Virus record (IMG/VR): IMGVR_UViG_3300032240_002285
Coordinates: 35,746 to 99,745 of that record
Reading direction: 5' to 3' (one strand)
DNA length: 64,000 nucleotides
DNA from: a virus
The notes below the pieces were generated by a model that was given only the letters and a program-made list of their open reading frames with translations, was not told the DNA's origin and made no database searches. Both the position numbers and the translations under genes were made by a program. Positions 48,705 through 59,664 of the stretch are shown piece by piece. Numbering within the stretch: the first letter of the stretch is position 1; each line of letters begins with the position of its first letter.

Positions 48705-49768
48705 TGAAATATGATTTATCCATATTGAACGACTACATAGACAGGGGTCTTGTGATTAAGCAAGACCACCCTAGTCTACCGTTGTCAATTTATAACTACT
48801 CAAGAGAATGTCAATATAGTGGACAATGGGATGATATTACTTTGAATTGTAGAGGTTTAGTGTTGGATAACGAGGGTAATGTTGTTGCAAAACCATTTCC
48901 AAAATTTTTCAATTACGAAGAACATACTTCTGATGAAATACCAAATGAAACATTTGAAGTCTATGAGAAAATGGATGGCTCTTTAGGTATTGTGTTTTAC
49001 TATGAAAATAAGTGGCATGTTGCAACTCGTGGTTCATTTGTCTCGGAACAAGCAGTCAAAGGTTCTGAAATTTTAAAAAAATATCCAATTGATATGTTAG
49101 CTTGGCACAAAACATATCTATTTGAAATAATATATCCCGAAAATCGTATTGTATGTAATTACGGCAATGATGAAAAAATGGTATTATTGGGTGCGTATTT
49201 TAAAAAGAATGGCAAAGAAACCCCGATTGATGTTTACAGTGACCTTGGGTTTGATGTTGTAAAATTATATAAAACTTGGGGGGAAGATTGGGAAACTCTT
49301 AAAAAAGAAATATCCAATAATAATGAAGGTTATGTTATTCGTTTTTCAGGTGGAATGAGGATGAAGATTAAAGGTGAAGAATATGTACGACTACATAGAA
49401 TCTTAACTAATTTCTCAACCAAAGATATATGGGAACTGTTAAGAAATAACGAACCGTTGGAACCATTCTTAGAGAGAGTACCTGATGAGTTCGATGATTG
49501 GGTAAAACGTATCATGATGAATTTGAGATGGAGTTTTCACCACATTGACGAGAGAGTAGGTAAGATGTACGACTATTTCCGTTACGGTAAGTTTAATGAT
49601 AGATACCCCGAACCAACAAAAAAAGAGTTCGCTGAATTTGTAATGAAACAATCTGAAGAACTAAGACCAATTTTATTTAAGATGTGGGATAAAGCCCCAT
49701 ATGACGATATAATTTGGAAGTTATTAAAACCAAAATACGAAAAACCATTTAAAAACGATACAAATTAA
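48704..49768 (+). CDS. RNA ligase (T4 Rnl1 family)
   Basis: CRGLV, PFPKFFN, EKMDGSL, ATRGSF, FEII, EGYV, KIK. Confidence 0.92.
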   Translation: MKYDLSILNDYIDRGLVIKQDHPSLPLSIYNYSRECQYSGQWDDITLNCRGLVLDNEGNVVAKPFPKFFNYEEHTSDEIPNETFEVYEKMDGSLGIVFYYENKWHVATRGSFVSEQAVKGSEILKKYPIDMLAWHKTYLFEIIYPENRIVCNYGNDEKMVLLGAYFKKNGKETPIDVYSDLGFDVVKLYKTWGEDWETLKKEISNNNEGYVIRFSGGMRMKIKGEEYVRLHRILTNFSTKDIWELLRNNEPLEPFLERVPDEFDDWVKRIMMNLRWSFHHIDERVGKMYDYFRYGKFNDRYPEPTKKEFAEFVMKQSEELRPILFKMWDKAPYDDIIWKLLKPKYEKPFKNDTN

Positions 49769-49770
49769 TT

Positions 49771-50034
49771 ATGGAAAAGACAAATAATTTAGTATTACCT
49801 GTTTTATTATTAATAATTGTAGGTATTGCTTGGGGATTATCAAATAATCACACAACTGAAATTCAAGTTATTACATCAAATGTGTGTAAAGAAGATTCAT
49901 TACGTAATGTTATTGATTCTTTAAATACTGAAATTAAAACATTAAATGATGGATTTGATTCTAAAGAACAAAGATATGAGGACATCATATATGAGTTAGA
50001 GCATAAACGTAAAGTATTACTTTCTAAATTTTAA
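49771..50034 (+). CDS. Membrane-anchored coiled-coil protein
   Basis: N-terminal TM; DSL sequons. Confidence 0.5.
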   Translation: MEKTNNLVLPVLLLIIVGIAWGLSNNHTTEIQVITSNVCKEDSLRNVIDSLNTEIKTLNDGFDSKEQRYEDIIYELEHKRKVLLSKF

Positions 50035-50168
50035 TTATGATTAAGATTAAGAAAAAGTGGAAACATTTTTTTTATGGATGTTTTGGAACATTAAGCATGG
50101 TGTTCGGACTAATTTTTTTGATTGAATGGGTTTTAACACTTATATTTGGAGAAATGTAATTTAAAAAT

Positions 50169-51449
50169 ATGAATAATTTAGATACACAATATACTGACTT
50201 ACTTAAGTCCATATTAGAATATGGCGTTATTAAAGACGATAGAACAGGTACTGGTACCAAGTCAATATTTGGTTATACCATTCGTCATAATATGAAACAA
50301 GGGTTTCCATTACTAACCACAAAGAAGATGGCTTGGAAAACAATTGTTACAGAACTCCTATGGTTTTTAAGAGGTGATACTAACATCAAATTCCTATTGG
50401 ATTACGATTGCCACATTTGGGATGGTGATGCATATAAGAACTATGTAAGTAAAGTTGAAGAATATACATCTACATTAAATGTTTCCAATGATATATCCGA
50501 ATTTCAAGAAGTAATGGATTCCGTAGGAAACCAAATAAAGAGTAGTGTATTATCACAAGAACAATTCATTAACAAAATCAAAACCAATGACGAGTTTGCG
50601 AAAAAGTGGGGGGATTTGGGGCCAATCTATGGTAAACAATGGAGAAAATGGCAAGGTTGGATGGATTATCATTATGAGGATGGTAAAAAAGGGATGGGTT
50701 CTTTATGGTTTGACCAAATACAAAGATTACTGACAGATTTGAAACGCAACCCTGATAGCAGAAGATTGATGGTAAATGCTTGGAATGTTGCAGAATTAGA
50801 CCAAATGGTTTTACCACCCTGTCATTATGGTTTTCAAGTTTATACTAGATTACTAACGCCACACGAAAGACTAGGAATACTTCAAGAAAAGGGTGGTGGA
50901 AGATTAGATGGTACACCTTTAAGGGCTGGTTATGAAGACCAATATGAAATGTTTGATATACCAACAAGAGCCATTTCATTAATGTGGAATCAACGCTCTG
51001 TAGATGCGTTTTTAGGATTACCGTTTAATATTGCATCTTATGGATTATTACTTTCATTAATTGCCAAAGAGGTCAATATGGTACCTGATGAGTTAATTGG
51101 AAATCTTGGTGATACTCACCTTTATTTGAACCATATTGAACAAGCCGAGGAACAAATTGGGAGGAGATTAACTTTTGCTGAGAGATATGCTCTATACACA
51201 GGTAAAGATGAGACTTGGGAAGAAGATGGTGGAAATGCTTATGGTAAAATTAACGGTTTAGATATAATGGACGATGCTGGTATACCTTTGAAAACAAGAG
51301 AACCGTACAAATTACCAACATTGAATCTTAATTTTGATTATACTTATTGGGATGGCTATTTGATTGAGTGGGATAAAATTCCAATGGATAAAATTACTAT
51401 TGAGAATTATAAGTATCACCCTACAATTAAGGCAAAATTAAGTAATTAA
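50169..51449 (+). CDS. thyA: Thymidylate synthase with insertions
   Basis: DRTGTGT, FPLLTTKK, ELLWFL, YGKQWR, SRR, LPPCH, QRSVD.FLGLPFN, HLY.NH. Confidence 0.95.
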   Translation: MNNLDTQYTDLLKSILEYGVIKDDRTGTGTKSIFGYTIRHNMKQGFPLLTTKKMAWKTIVTELLWFLRGDTNIKFLLDYDCHIWDGDAYKNYVSKVEEYTSTLNVSNDISEFQEVMDSVGNQIKSSVLSQEQFINKIKTNDEFAKKWGDLGPIYGKQWRKWQGWMDYHYEDGKKGMGSLWFDQIQRLLTDLKRNPDSRRLMVNAWNVAELDQMVLPPCHYGFQVYTRLLTPHERLGILQEKGGGRLDGTPLRAGYEDQYEMFDIPTRAISLMWNQRSVDAFLGLPFNIASYGLLLSLIAKEVNMVPDELIGNLGDTHLYLNHIEQAEEQIGRRLTFAERYALYTGKDETWEEDGGNAYGKINGLDIMDDAGIPLKTREPYKLPTLNLNFDYTYWDGYLIEWDKIPMDKITIENYKYHPTIKAKLSN

Positions 51450-51451
51450 AT

Positions 51452-51889
51452 ATGAAAAAATACGGGATAACCTCAATGTATGCAAACCCCATACATCCAG
51501 GACATATTGAATGTCTTGAATTGTCAAAACAATTAGTTAACGAATTATGGGTAATTGTGAATAACGATAAACAAGCAGAAATAAAAAGGGGTGTCCCGTC
51601 TTTTCAAAAAGAAGACGATAGAAAAAAGATTGTGGAATCCATTAGATATGTTGACCACGCAGAAATCTCAATAGATAAAGATGCATCTGTATGTCAGTCT
51701 ATCGTCAAACTTTATGTTGATATTAAATCAATTGACCCTGATTGTGAAATTATATTCACAAAAGGTGGTGATAGATTTGCTGGTGAAATTCCTGAAAAAG
51801 CACTTTGTGATTCTTTAGGGATAAAAATCGTAGATGGACTTGGTGAAAAGACACATAATTCCAGTGAAATGGTAAAAACAAACAAATAA
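51452..51889 (+). CDS. Cytidylyltransferase-like nucleotidyltransferase (HxGH)
   Basis: PIHPGH, VIVNND, KGGDR. Confidence 0.85.
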   Translation: MKKYGITSMYANPIHPGHIECLELSKQLVNELWVIVNNDKQAEIKRGVPSFQKEDDRKKIVESIRYVDHAEISIDKDASVCQSIVKLYVDIKSIDPDCEIIFTKGGDRFAGEIPEKALCDSLGIKIVDGLGEKTHNSSEMVKTNK

Positions 51890-51890
51890 T

Positions 51891-52229
51891 ATGGATATTA
51901 GACCGTGGGGATTTTATGAAATCCTTTTAGATACAGATTATACAAAAATTAAACAGATTACAGTTAATCCAGGACAAAAACTGTCTTATCAATACCACGA
52001 AAAAAGAAAAGAATGTTGGACTGTTGTAAGAGGTGACGCTACAATAATTTTGGATGATGAAAAAGTATTCAGAAGTGCTGGAGAATCAATTACAATACCT
52101 TTAGGTGCTAAACACAGAATCATCAATGATACTGAAGATATATTGGTATTTGTTGAAGTACAAACAGGTACTTACTTTGGTGAAGACGATATTATTAGAT
52201 TAGAAGACGATTACGGTAGAGAAGATTAA
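51891..52229 (+). CDS. Type II mannose-6-phosphate isomerase cupin domain
   Basis: RPWG, LSYQYH..R.ECW, EVQTG.YFGEDDIIRLEDDYGR. Confidence 0.9.
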   Translation: MDIRPWGFYEILLDTDYTKIKQITVNPGQKLSYQYHEKRKECWTVVRGDATIILDDEKVFRSAGESITIPLGAKHRIINDTEDILVFVEVQTGTYFGEDDIIRLEDDYGRED

Positions 52230-52460
52230 TTACTCTCTTATTTTTTTCCAAGCATCTGTTGATGAAATCATTGCCAATGAGCTACCATTATCCCAACTTA
52301 CTGATATAATCTCACTATCCTTGTCAAAAGGGTCATTATTGATTTCTGTCACTTTACCTATTGACCCCATAGGTACTGAAGTTTCTCCATCCATGTGAAG
52401 AAGTATAATTTTATCTCCTATAGATAATTTTGGATTAAGGGCGTTTGGTTTTTTGTTCAT
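52230..52460 (-). CDS. DUF4314-like protein
   Basis: GDKI.L.HM...VP.G..G.V....V.WDNGSSLA. Confidence 0.7.
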   Translation of the reverse strand: MNKKPNALNPKLSIGDKIILLHMDGETSVPMGSIGKVTEINNDPFDKDSEIISVSWDNGSSLAMISSTDAWKKIRE

Positions 52461-52494
52461 AACAATAAATATATCGCATATATTTATATAACAT

Positions 52495-53115
52495 ATGGAT
52501 TTTATAATTAATGAATCTCAATTGAGAAAAATTTTATTGGAGAGTGATGAGTCGAGAATGACTGATGATATGAAAATATTATATTCATACACAAAAAATC
52601 TTATCACAAAGGCTAAAAAGACTTATGGATTCAATTTACAGTTACTTCTAACTTGGGGAGCATCTGTTGGTGGTTTAGTAATGCCATTAGACGCATTTAT
52701 AAGAACTGGTAGATTTGACTTGAATGAAAACCAACAAACTTTAATTTTAATTGGAATTGCGTGTACATATTTTTACGATAATGCCGAGGTTTTAAAATCT
52801 ATAATTGAACAAATTAAAGAAGAAGGTATTGAAGAAGCATTCAAAGAGGTTTTGGTTAAATCTAAAAACTTAAAATCTTCATTTGTTAATTTCATTAAAT
52901 CTTTAGGTGTTACAGGAAAAGGTGTTTTTGACCTTGTCGCATATTCATTCTTAATACCTATCATAACTGATATTCAAGATATTGCTTTGAATAACACAAA
53001 TTTGGATGTTGCATCTGGATTAATTTCTGAAAGATTAATTGCTTCGGGAGTTGTTGTAGTTACGTCAATGGTTCTAAACTCGGTAATCAAGAAAATTCTC
53101 GAGAGACTTAGCTAA
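52495..53115 (+). CDS. Hypothetical late protein
   Basis: IINESQLRKILLES N-terminus. Confidence 0.55.
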   Translation: MDFIINESQLRKILLESDESRMTDDMKILYSYTKNLITKAKKTYGFNLQLLLTWGASVGGLVMPLDAFIRTGRFDLNENQQTLILIGIACTYFYDNAEVLKSIIEQIKEEGIEEAFKEVLVKSKNLKSSFVNFIKSLGVTGKGVFDLVAYSFLIPIITDIQDIALNNTNLDVASGLISERLIASGVVVVTSMVLNSVIKKILERLS

Positions 53116-54244
53116 AAGTTAGTGGGTTCAACGGTAAATCAAGTCCGAAACTTTTACTATTACCCATAATTTCATTTATCCAAAATCTAACTTTAATATA
53201 TATGTCGTCTCCAGAAGTAATTCCTAATTCATTTTCTAATACTTCATATCCTATAATATCCAACGATTCTACAAAACTATCATTTTCATCTAGTCTTTCA
53301 TTTAAGAAATTTCTAAGATGTGGAATAAGTTGCTCTTTAGGAATCGATGGTTTTCCATTATAATCAAAATCATCTACTACCAAATCAACATTCAAATTAA
53401 CAGTGTCGCCATTGTAGCCATAAAAATCTTTATAAGCCTTCCATTTTGTTTTGAAGCCAAGCATATAGTCATCTTCATCAATAACCATACTTCTAACTTT
53501 CTTGTTTAATTTTTGAATTAATTCTTCTTTTTTTTCTTCTGTAATATAAACTCTACTAGATTTCTCCCCATCAATTAATATATTGGTACGGTATATGAAT
53601 TGGTCTCCAAGATACTGAATTAAATTTCTTATTATATCGTCTATGTCACCCTCTAATTTTATTCTAAGATATGATTGACCTTTTTTTGGTAATTCAACAT
53701 TGACTGTAAATTCAAAAGTATAGGCCGTGTCTGATTCTACTTTCAAAAAACTGTACACGTATCCATCAATATCAAATTGCTGCGTTTGTAAATATTTTTT
53801 TACAAAATTCATATGTCTTCTTCCAACGGACTCTTTGATATTAGTTTTTTTTGACTCAACCTTATTAACAACCCTTGTACAAATTACGTGTTCATTAACA
53901 CCAAAATATTTTAGAAAATTTTGTAATTTATCATTCATAATCCACCTTATGGTAGAATATTCGTTACTGGTAGTGCTTATTTCTGTATCTTTACCATATA
54001 TTTTACCCCATAACGTATTCCAGTTGTCTGATTCTTCATCAGTTGGTAGGATATAAAGGGTGTATTGAATGTGAGGTGTTTCATTTCCATAACTAATGTA
54101 GTTTTTAACACCAGTTAACTTTACCTTAACATTTGTCGGTATAGTAAAATCCTCATCATGTGTCGGTTGTAAATAAACCTCAAAAATGTGGTTACTAAAA
54201 AATTTGTTAAGCCTTTCTATAGGAAATTCTAATTCATTCATCAT
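53108..54244 (-). CDS. Hypothetical protein
   Basis: 378 aa, late motif upstream. Confidence 0.55.
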   Translation of the reverse strand: MMNELEFPIERLNKFFSNHIFEVYLQPTHDEDFTIPTNVKVKLTGVKNYISYGNETPHIQYTLYILPTDEESDNWNTLWGKIYGKDTEISTTSNEYSTIRWIMNDKLQNFLKYFGVNEHVICTRVVNKVESKKTNIKESVGRRHMNFVKKYLQTQQFDIDGYVYSFLKVESDTAYTFEFTVNVELPKKGQSYLRIKLEGDIDDIIRNLIQYLGDQFIYRTNILIDGEKSSRVYITEEKKEELIQKLNKKVRSMVIDEDDYMLGFKTKWKAYKDFYGYNGDTVNLNVDLVVDDFDYNGKPSIPKEQLIPHLRNFLNERLDENDSFVESLDIIGYEVLENELGITSGDDIYIKVRFWINEIMGNSKSFGLDLPLNPLTFS

Positions 54245-54636
54245 TAATAAATACTCATAAACTATAGTTAAAAAAATTTAATTGTATTATATAAAGAACC
54301 TTTTTCAACTTATCAATAAAATCCTATTTTTCTTTGATTTTTAACATTTTTGTTGTATTATTTTAATAGTTATATAAGAAAAACACAATATAAATTAAAA
54401 CAAACTAAAAACATGGCTTACTTACTTATCGTATTATTTGCAATCTGTGGAACCTTTGGTGCCACAATCTCTAAAACAACAACTGAATATGGTTTCAGAA
54501 AAATTAGAGAACACAACAAACCTTTGACAATTGAAAAAGGATTTACAGGGGAATAATTATCAAAATTAATTCCCTTTTTTTATCTATTTGATTAAGTCCT
54601 TAATATTTTATACCTTTATAAAAAAATATTAAACTT

Positions 54637-55542
54637 ATGTCAAGATTAGATACAATTAAAGAACAATTCCCTGAACTCAATATATCGTTTATTGATATTT
54701 TTGCAAAATTAGACAATACCAAAAGTTACAAGTACTTACCAATTTTATGTAAATTATTTGGTAAAAGATTTACTATTAAAAATTATAGTAATTCTAGTTC
54801 AGACCGCATACAATATATGGTTGATTTGTCGGGTCATTTGTCAAGTTTTGGAATTGATTCATCTGACTTAACTTGTAATGAAATAATCACAATGTCGTCA
54901 CTTGTAGAACATTTTAATTCTTATGACCTTGATATTTTTCAAGAATTTAGAAATTACATGGAACAAGGTTTACTTGATAATAAAGATGTTACTTCCTATC
55001 AAACTATTGGTGATATAAGTCATGCGGTGTCGTTGGCGTCTATGAAGGCAATAGAGAAAGAAATGGAAGGTCAAGTTCATGTTGAATATGAAGATGACCA
55101 ATGGTTAATTCTTAGACCTTTAACATTTGCAGCTTCTTCGAAATATGGCGCAGGGACTAAATGGTGCACAACATACAAAAAAGAGAAATCTTATTTTGAA
55201 AGATATTGGCGAAATGGTGCATTAATCTATTTTAATAATAAAAAAACTGGTTATAAATTTGCATCATTCAAAGGGATATATAACGATAGAGAATTTAGTT
55301 TTTGGACAGCATCAGACCATCGTACTGAATTCTTAAATCTTGACCTTGAAGATTATATGTTACCTGTGGTAAAAAAAATATTTAAAACTGAAAAAACTAA
55401 CAAAGATTTATGTTCAGACAAAATTATTTCCCAAGTTGAACTAGAATGTCTTCTTAGTAAAACATTAGGTGAAGAAACTGTTATGGATGAACCTGAACTT
55501 CCTATTCCTATACAAGAAATTGAACCTATACGAACATGGTAA
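54637..55542 (+). CDS. Hypothetical protein with YGxxTKWC domain
   Basis: PLTFAASSKYGAGTKWCTT...F.RY...G.LIY. Confidence 0.6.
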   Translation: MSRLDTIKEQFPELNISFIDIFAKLDNTKSYKYLPILCKLFGKRFTIKNYSNSSSDRIQYMVDLSGHLSSFGIDSSDLTCNEIITMSSLVEHFNSYDLDIFQEFRNYMEQGLLDNKDVTSYQTIGDISHAVSLASMKAIEKEMEGQVHVEYEDDQWLILRPLTFAASSKYGAGTKWCTTYKKEKSYFERYWRNGALIYFNNKKTGYKFASFKGIYNDREFSFWTASDHRTEFLNLDLEDYMLPVVKKIFKTEKTNKDLCSDKIISQVELECLLSKTLGEETVMDEPELPIPIQEIEPIRTW

Positions 55543-55608
55543 GTCTTAAATTAACCCCATTTTTAGATGGGGTTTTTTATTATAAACTTATGGAGTATTT
55601 ATATTATT

Positions 55609-56382
55609 ATGAATAACAACAAACTAAACGAAATTTTAGACAAGTATCAAGTTACAGAAAAAAATGTTTCAACAGGGACTTTCAAGTCACTTAAAGAAAC
55701 TATTATGGAATTGGACAAACTTGATAAAGTTTTATTGTTACCATGTTCCAATCGTTACAATTGGGATGAGAATAATATTGATATTCCAAAGTCTACAATC
55801 TTAGCCATGGTTATCCAAGAATACTTGGGTGACAAAGCTGTATTAATTGATGTTCCTGAATTAAACATCACACCTTGTGAAGGTAATGTTTCGAGAAAAG
55901 ACGGAAACTCTTGTGGTTTGTTGAAAGCAAAGTTGAAAGACAAAGATAAAAACCCTACAGGTTATCACAGATGTTGGGCTAGTTTGAACGATAAGGACGA
56001 TGAACTATGGAAGATATCAAAAGAATTATTTGATTCAAATGCGGTCATCTTTTTCTCTTCTATAAGATGGGGTCAAACAAATATGTACTATCAAAAATTA
56101 ATTGAAAGGTTAACTTGGATTGAAAATAGACACACAACATTAGGTGAACCTAATATTGTTGAAAATATACAAACTGGTTTTATTTGTGTTGGACAAAACT
56201 GGAAAGGTTTGGATGTTACTGACACTCAAAAGAAAGTTCATTCCTTCTTTGGTTTCAAACCTAACAATAAATTCTATTGGAATTGGCAATATACCAACAA
56301 AATGAATGATGAAAGTCCAGAATCTTACAAGAACGCGTTCCCTGCGTTTGTCAAGAAATTCAAAATCGACGAAATTATTTAA
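55609..56382 (+). CDS. Flavodoxin-fold NAD(P)H-dependent oxidoreductase
   Basis: CSNR...PKS, LNITPCEG, DDELW.I...L..SNAVIF. Confidence 0.7.
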   Translation: MNNNKLNEILDKYQVTEKNVSTGTFKSLKETIMELDKLDKVLLLPCSNRYNWDENNIDIPKSTILAMVIQEYLGDKAVLIDVPELNITPCEGNVSRKDGNSCGLLKAKLKDKDKNPTGYHRCWASLNDKDDELWKISKELFDSNAVIFFSSIRWGQTNMYYQKLIERLTWIENRHTTLGEPNIVENIQTGFICVGQNWKGLDVTDTQKKVHSFFGFKPNNKFYWNWQYTNKMNDESPESYKNAFPAFVKKFKIDEII

Positions 56383-56456
56383 TAACTTTATGCCACAGAA
56401 AATTGAAAATTTCATTTTGCGTGGCAATTCGTAATTTGTGTGGCAAAAAATCTTTA

Positions 56457-56750
56457 TTAATATAATGGTCTTTTATTCCAGTAAATGTGAAGATTTTTAC
56501 CGACACCTAACATTTTGAAAAATCTTGAAATATCCAAATCCGTTTTTTTAATTATACTTCCGTGAGCCCAATCTGGGTCCATATCTAAGAAAAAATTAAT
56601 TCTATTTGGATTCGCTTCACCTAAGGTTACTTTATGTACCGTAATTTTGATTGGTTCGTCACCTTCTCCAACTAATTCATCATTAATTTGAGGTTCAATA
56701 ACATCATCAATGTACCTTTGTAAGTATTTTTCAATTTTATCTAAATCCAT
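56457..56750 (-). CDS. Hypothetical protein
   Basis: 97 aa. Confidence 0.5.
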   Translation of the reverse strand: MDLDKIEKYLQRYIDDVIEPQINDELVGEGDEPIKITVHKVTLGEANPNRINFFLDMDPDWAHGSIIKKTDLDISRFFKMLGVGKNLHIYWNKRPLY

Positions 56751-56771
56751 AACCTATTTTACTGTAAATAT

Positions 56772-57413
56772 TTATTGTCTTTTCTTATTTCCCAATCTCC
56801 AATAAACTCCTCCGCCGACATATGGAAAAAATTCATAATTCATTCCAGTAGTTGCCCTATTCGATACACCTGCACCTAAATGAAATATTTTATCGTCTTT
56901 GGTTTTATATAAAACACCTAAACCTAAACCATTAATCATATCTTGATTGTTTATTGAACCATCAACTCCAAAAAATATTTGTTTTTCTTTTTCTTCAGCT
57001 ATTCTAATAGTATCTCTAACAATTTTTGACTTAATTTTAGGTGTAGTCCAAACACGAGATACTAATTTGTTATTAACAATAGTATCTGTCAAAATAACCA
57101 TACCAATATCTTTTAATTTTAGAGTATCTTTAATAACACTCTTAACATAATATGTACTTAAAATTTTAGAAGTATCAACTTTTTGCGGAACATAAATTGT
57201 TGTGTCGACAAATTTAGTTTCACCTTCAAGATATACTTCGAATGGTTCAGGATATGGAACGGAATCCACTTGAACTGAATCTTTAATTTTTAGAACCTCT
57301 TTTTCAATAATTGTAGGTTTTTGGTTTTTTAACATAAATGATACTACTATCATACCTGTCAGTAAAAATAGTATTACAAAATTTTTAATGGTTAATATTT
57401 TTTTTACATCCAT
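56772..57413 (-). CDS. Membrane-anchored envelope protein rich in D-S/T-X sequons
   Basis: N-terminal TM; DSV x2, DTT, DTL, DTI x2; amphipathic beta-strand C-terminus. Confidence 0.6.
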   Translation of the reverse strand: MDVKKILTIKNFVILFLLTGMIVVSFMLKNQKPTIIEKEVLKIKDSVQVDSVPYPEPFEVYLEGETKFVDTTIYVPQKVDTSKILSTYYVKSVIKDTLKLKDIGMVILTDTIVNNKLVSRVWTTPKIKSKIVRDTIRIAEEKEKQIFFGVDGSINNQDMINGLGLGVLYKTKDDKIFHLGAGVSNRATTGMNYEFFPYVGGGVYWRLGNKKRQ

Positions 57414-57424
57414 AACATTTTAGT

Positions 57425-58939
57425 TTAAAGCATCAATCTTGAACCAATCAAGAAGTTACTTAAAATTGGAGCTCCTTCAGCCGTTGAAGTTGCAACTTTA
57501 TAATTTAGACTCAATCCAAATCTTTTACTTATTTTATAATCGAACGAACTTCCAACTAAAAGACCAAAATCTCGATTAACAGTGTTTTGCCCTGTAGATG
57601 GACTATATGACAATGGAGATGACATGACAAATATTTGAGGTGAAAGTGTAAGTTTTTTGTTTACCTGATATGGTTTTGTCCAAAATGTAACCAACGAGGA
57701 TGACATCAATTGATTGAAAACTTCTTTAGTCACGTCACCAGAAGTTTTAGTGCTTTTAATGAATAAATTGACAATACCTATATTATAACCGTATGTACCA
57801 TATTTTGGATTAGGTTTAATATATGTGTATCCTACTAAGCCCATATAGTTTCCACTCAAATATGCTGTAGTTACTGAATATGAATGAATTGCGTTTAGTT
57901 TACCCAAACTGAAGTCCATTTTTGTATATCCACCGCTCAATGCAAATTGTTTGAAAGTACTCCAAATCATACTATTAACACTATAACTTTCATTACCCAT
58001 TAAAGATGATTTACTTAACCCCAATGATATAATAGTGTTAAACGTTCTATCAGGACTTTCGGTCAAACTTAAATCTGAACCAAATAATAATGGGTTATTA
58101 TCGTTAACTTTTTTCTTTTCTTCTTTCTTTTTTTCCTCTTTTTTCTCTTCTTTTTTTTCTTCCTTTTTAGATTCTTCTTTTTTTTCTTCTTTTTTGGACT
58201 CTGATTTAGATTCCTCTTTTTTTTCCTCACTTTTACTTTCAGATTTAGATTCTGATTTAGATTCACTTTTTGTTTCTGATTTAGATTCTGATGATGAACT
58301 ACCACTACTTTTATTTTCAGATGATGAAGAATTACTTCCACCTTGAGATGAGCTTGATGAAGAATTACTACTACTTTGAGCGGGTGGCGGTGTAGAGCCG
58401 TTATCTGAAGAAGGTGGAGGTGGTGTTGATGCCGCTGGTGGAGGAGTCGCCACTGCAGGTGGTGGAGTAACTGGTGGTGGAACTGCGGCTGTCGCAGCTG
58501 TACTAGCAGCAGATGAAGCAGCAGAACTTGCGGCACTACTAGCAGCTGAATTTGCTGCTTGAGATGCTGCAGTACTTGCCGCTTGAGAGGCCGCAGCACT
58601 TGCTGCTTGTGTTGCAGCAGCACTCGCTGCTTGTTGGACCGCCTGATTTACAGTTTGTTGTACTGTTTGTTGTACTACAGTATTTGTTGGACAACCCATT
58701 GAGTTGTAAGTTAAATAAGTTTGTTGTAACCAAACTTGTAATTCCCCACTTTGAACTTGTGCTGGTGTAAATGACTTCATTTGATTGTAAAATATTACGA
58801 CTGCATTCCCATTTATATAAGTTGTGGTGGCAATTTTAAGTTCGCCACTACATTTATCAATAAATGTTTGAGTCATTACTACTTGTGCATTCAACGAGAA
58901 TCCAATAAATAAAAAAAATAAAATTAGATATTTTTTCAT
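57425..58939 (-). CDS. Secreted protein with low-complexity linker and probable C-terminal beta-barrel
   Basis: Signal peptide; A/Q, P, S and E/K tracts; alternating-strand C-terminal domain. Confidence 0.6.
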   Translation of the reverse strand: MKKYLILFFLFIGFSLNAQVVMTQTFIDKCSGELKIATTTYINGNAVVIFYNQMKSFTPAQVQSGELQVWLQQTYLTYNSMGCPTNTVVQQTVQQTVNQAVQQAASAAATQAASAAASQAASTAASQAANSAASSAASSAASSAASTAATAAVPPPVTPPPAVATPPPAASTPPPPSSDNGSTPPPAQSSSNSSSSSSQGGSNSSSSENKSSGSSSSESKSETKSESKSESKSESKSEEKKEESKSESKKEEKKEESKKEEKKEEKKEEKKKEEKKKVNDNNPLLFGSDLSLTESPDRTFNTIISLGLSKSSLMGNESYSVNSMIWSTFKQFALSGGYTKMDFSLGKLNAIHSYSVTTAYLSGNYMGLVGYTYIKPNPKYGTYGYNIGIVNLFIKSTKTSGDVTKEVFNQLMSSSLVTFWTKPYQVNKKLTLSPQIFVMSSPLSYSPSTGQNTVNRDFGLLVGSSFDYKISKRFGLSLNYKVATSTAEGAPILSNFLIGSRLML

Positions 58940-59661
58940 TAATTTTTAAATACTCCTTTTTTAACCATTCTACCTAAGATTCTTGCACATGCAATATCCA
59001 ACGCTTTTTTGGTTGCAATACTAATTGTTGATTGATTAAATTTAACTTCGTCTACTGTTGCATCACTTAAGAAAGTTAACTCTCTTGTTGTTTTTGCTTC
59101 ACCTAATCCAGAACCTGCAATAATTTCTCCAGTTTCAGCGTTTGTGAAACGAACTTGTAAACCTATACGGGTTACTAACATGTTCTTTACACCGTCTTTA
59201 AGGTTCACTGTTTCATCTTCTGACACTGAGTAGTCATAACACTCAATCTCAACAAAATAATGTGCCAGACGGATTTTACCACGTCCATCAAGTTTGTCTT
59301 GTGTAATTCCTGATTGAGCAGCCTGAAATTGTTTTACCATTCTATTTTTAATTTCAGTCTTATCTTCTGTGAATGTAAAACGGTCCAAATTTTCAAGATA
59401 TTCTAAAGTGATATTTGCAACTCCAAGTCCAACTCTTTTTTCCTTTAACTCAGGATATTGTTCATACATTTCATCACTAATACCACATTTTAGGATTTGA
59501 ATTGGAATTGTTGGTCCGTCATAATCCATATATTGAGATATGTCTGTCTTTGTCTCAAAAGATGCTTTATATTGTTCTGTTTTGGTTGACCCAATAGTTT
59601 GGGAAACCCCTAAAAATGGTAGCAATACCACCAAAAAAGAAATAAAAATAAACTTTTTCAT
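58939..59661 (-). CDS. CsgG/HfaB-like protein
   Basis: Signal peptide; GLGVANI..EYL....RF.F.E, LQVRFTNAETGEII..SG.G. Confidence 0.7.
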   Translation of the reverse strand: MKKFIFISFLVVLLPFLGVSQTIGSTKTEQYKASFETKTDISQYMDYDGPTIPIQILKCGISDEMYEQYPELKEKRVGLGVANITLEYLENLDRFTFTEDKTEIKNRMVKQFQAAQSGITQDKLDGRGKIRLAHYFVEIECYDYSVSEDETVNLKDGVKNMLVTRIGLQVRFTNAETGEIIAGSGLGEAKTTRELTFLSDATVDEVKFNQSTISIATKKALDIACARILGRMVKKGVFKN

Positions 59662-59664
59662 AGG

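Noticed and set aside
50169-51449. Intein or intron in the long thyA
   Set aside because: Extra length is spread over several short in-frame insertions; no intein splice motifs or frame break
58100-58680. Tandem DNA repeats
   Set aside because: Explained by SESK, EEKK, AASS and PPP low-complexity protein linker
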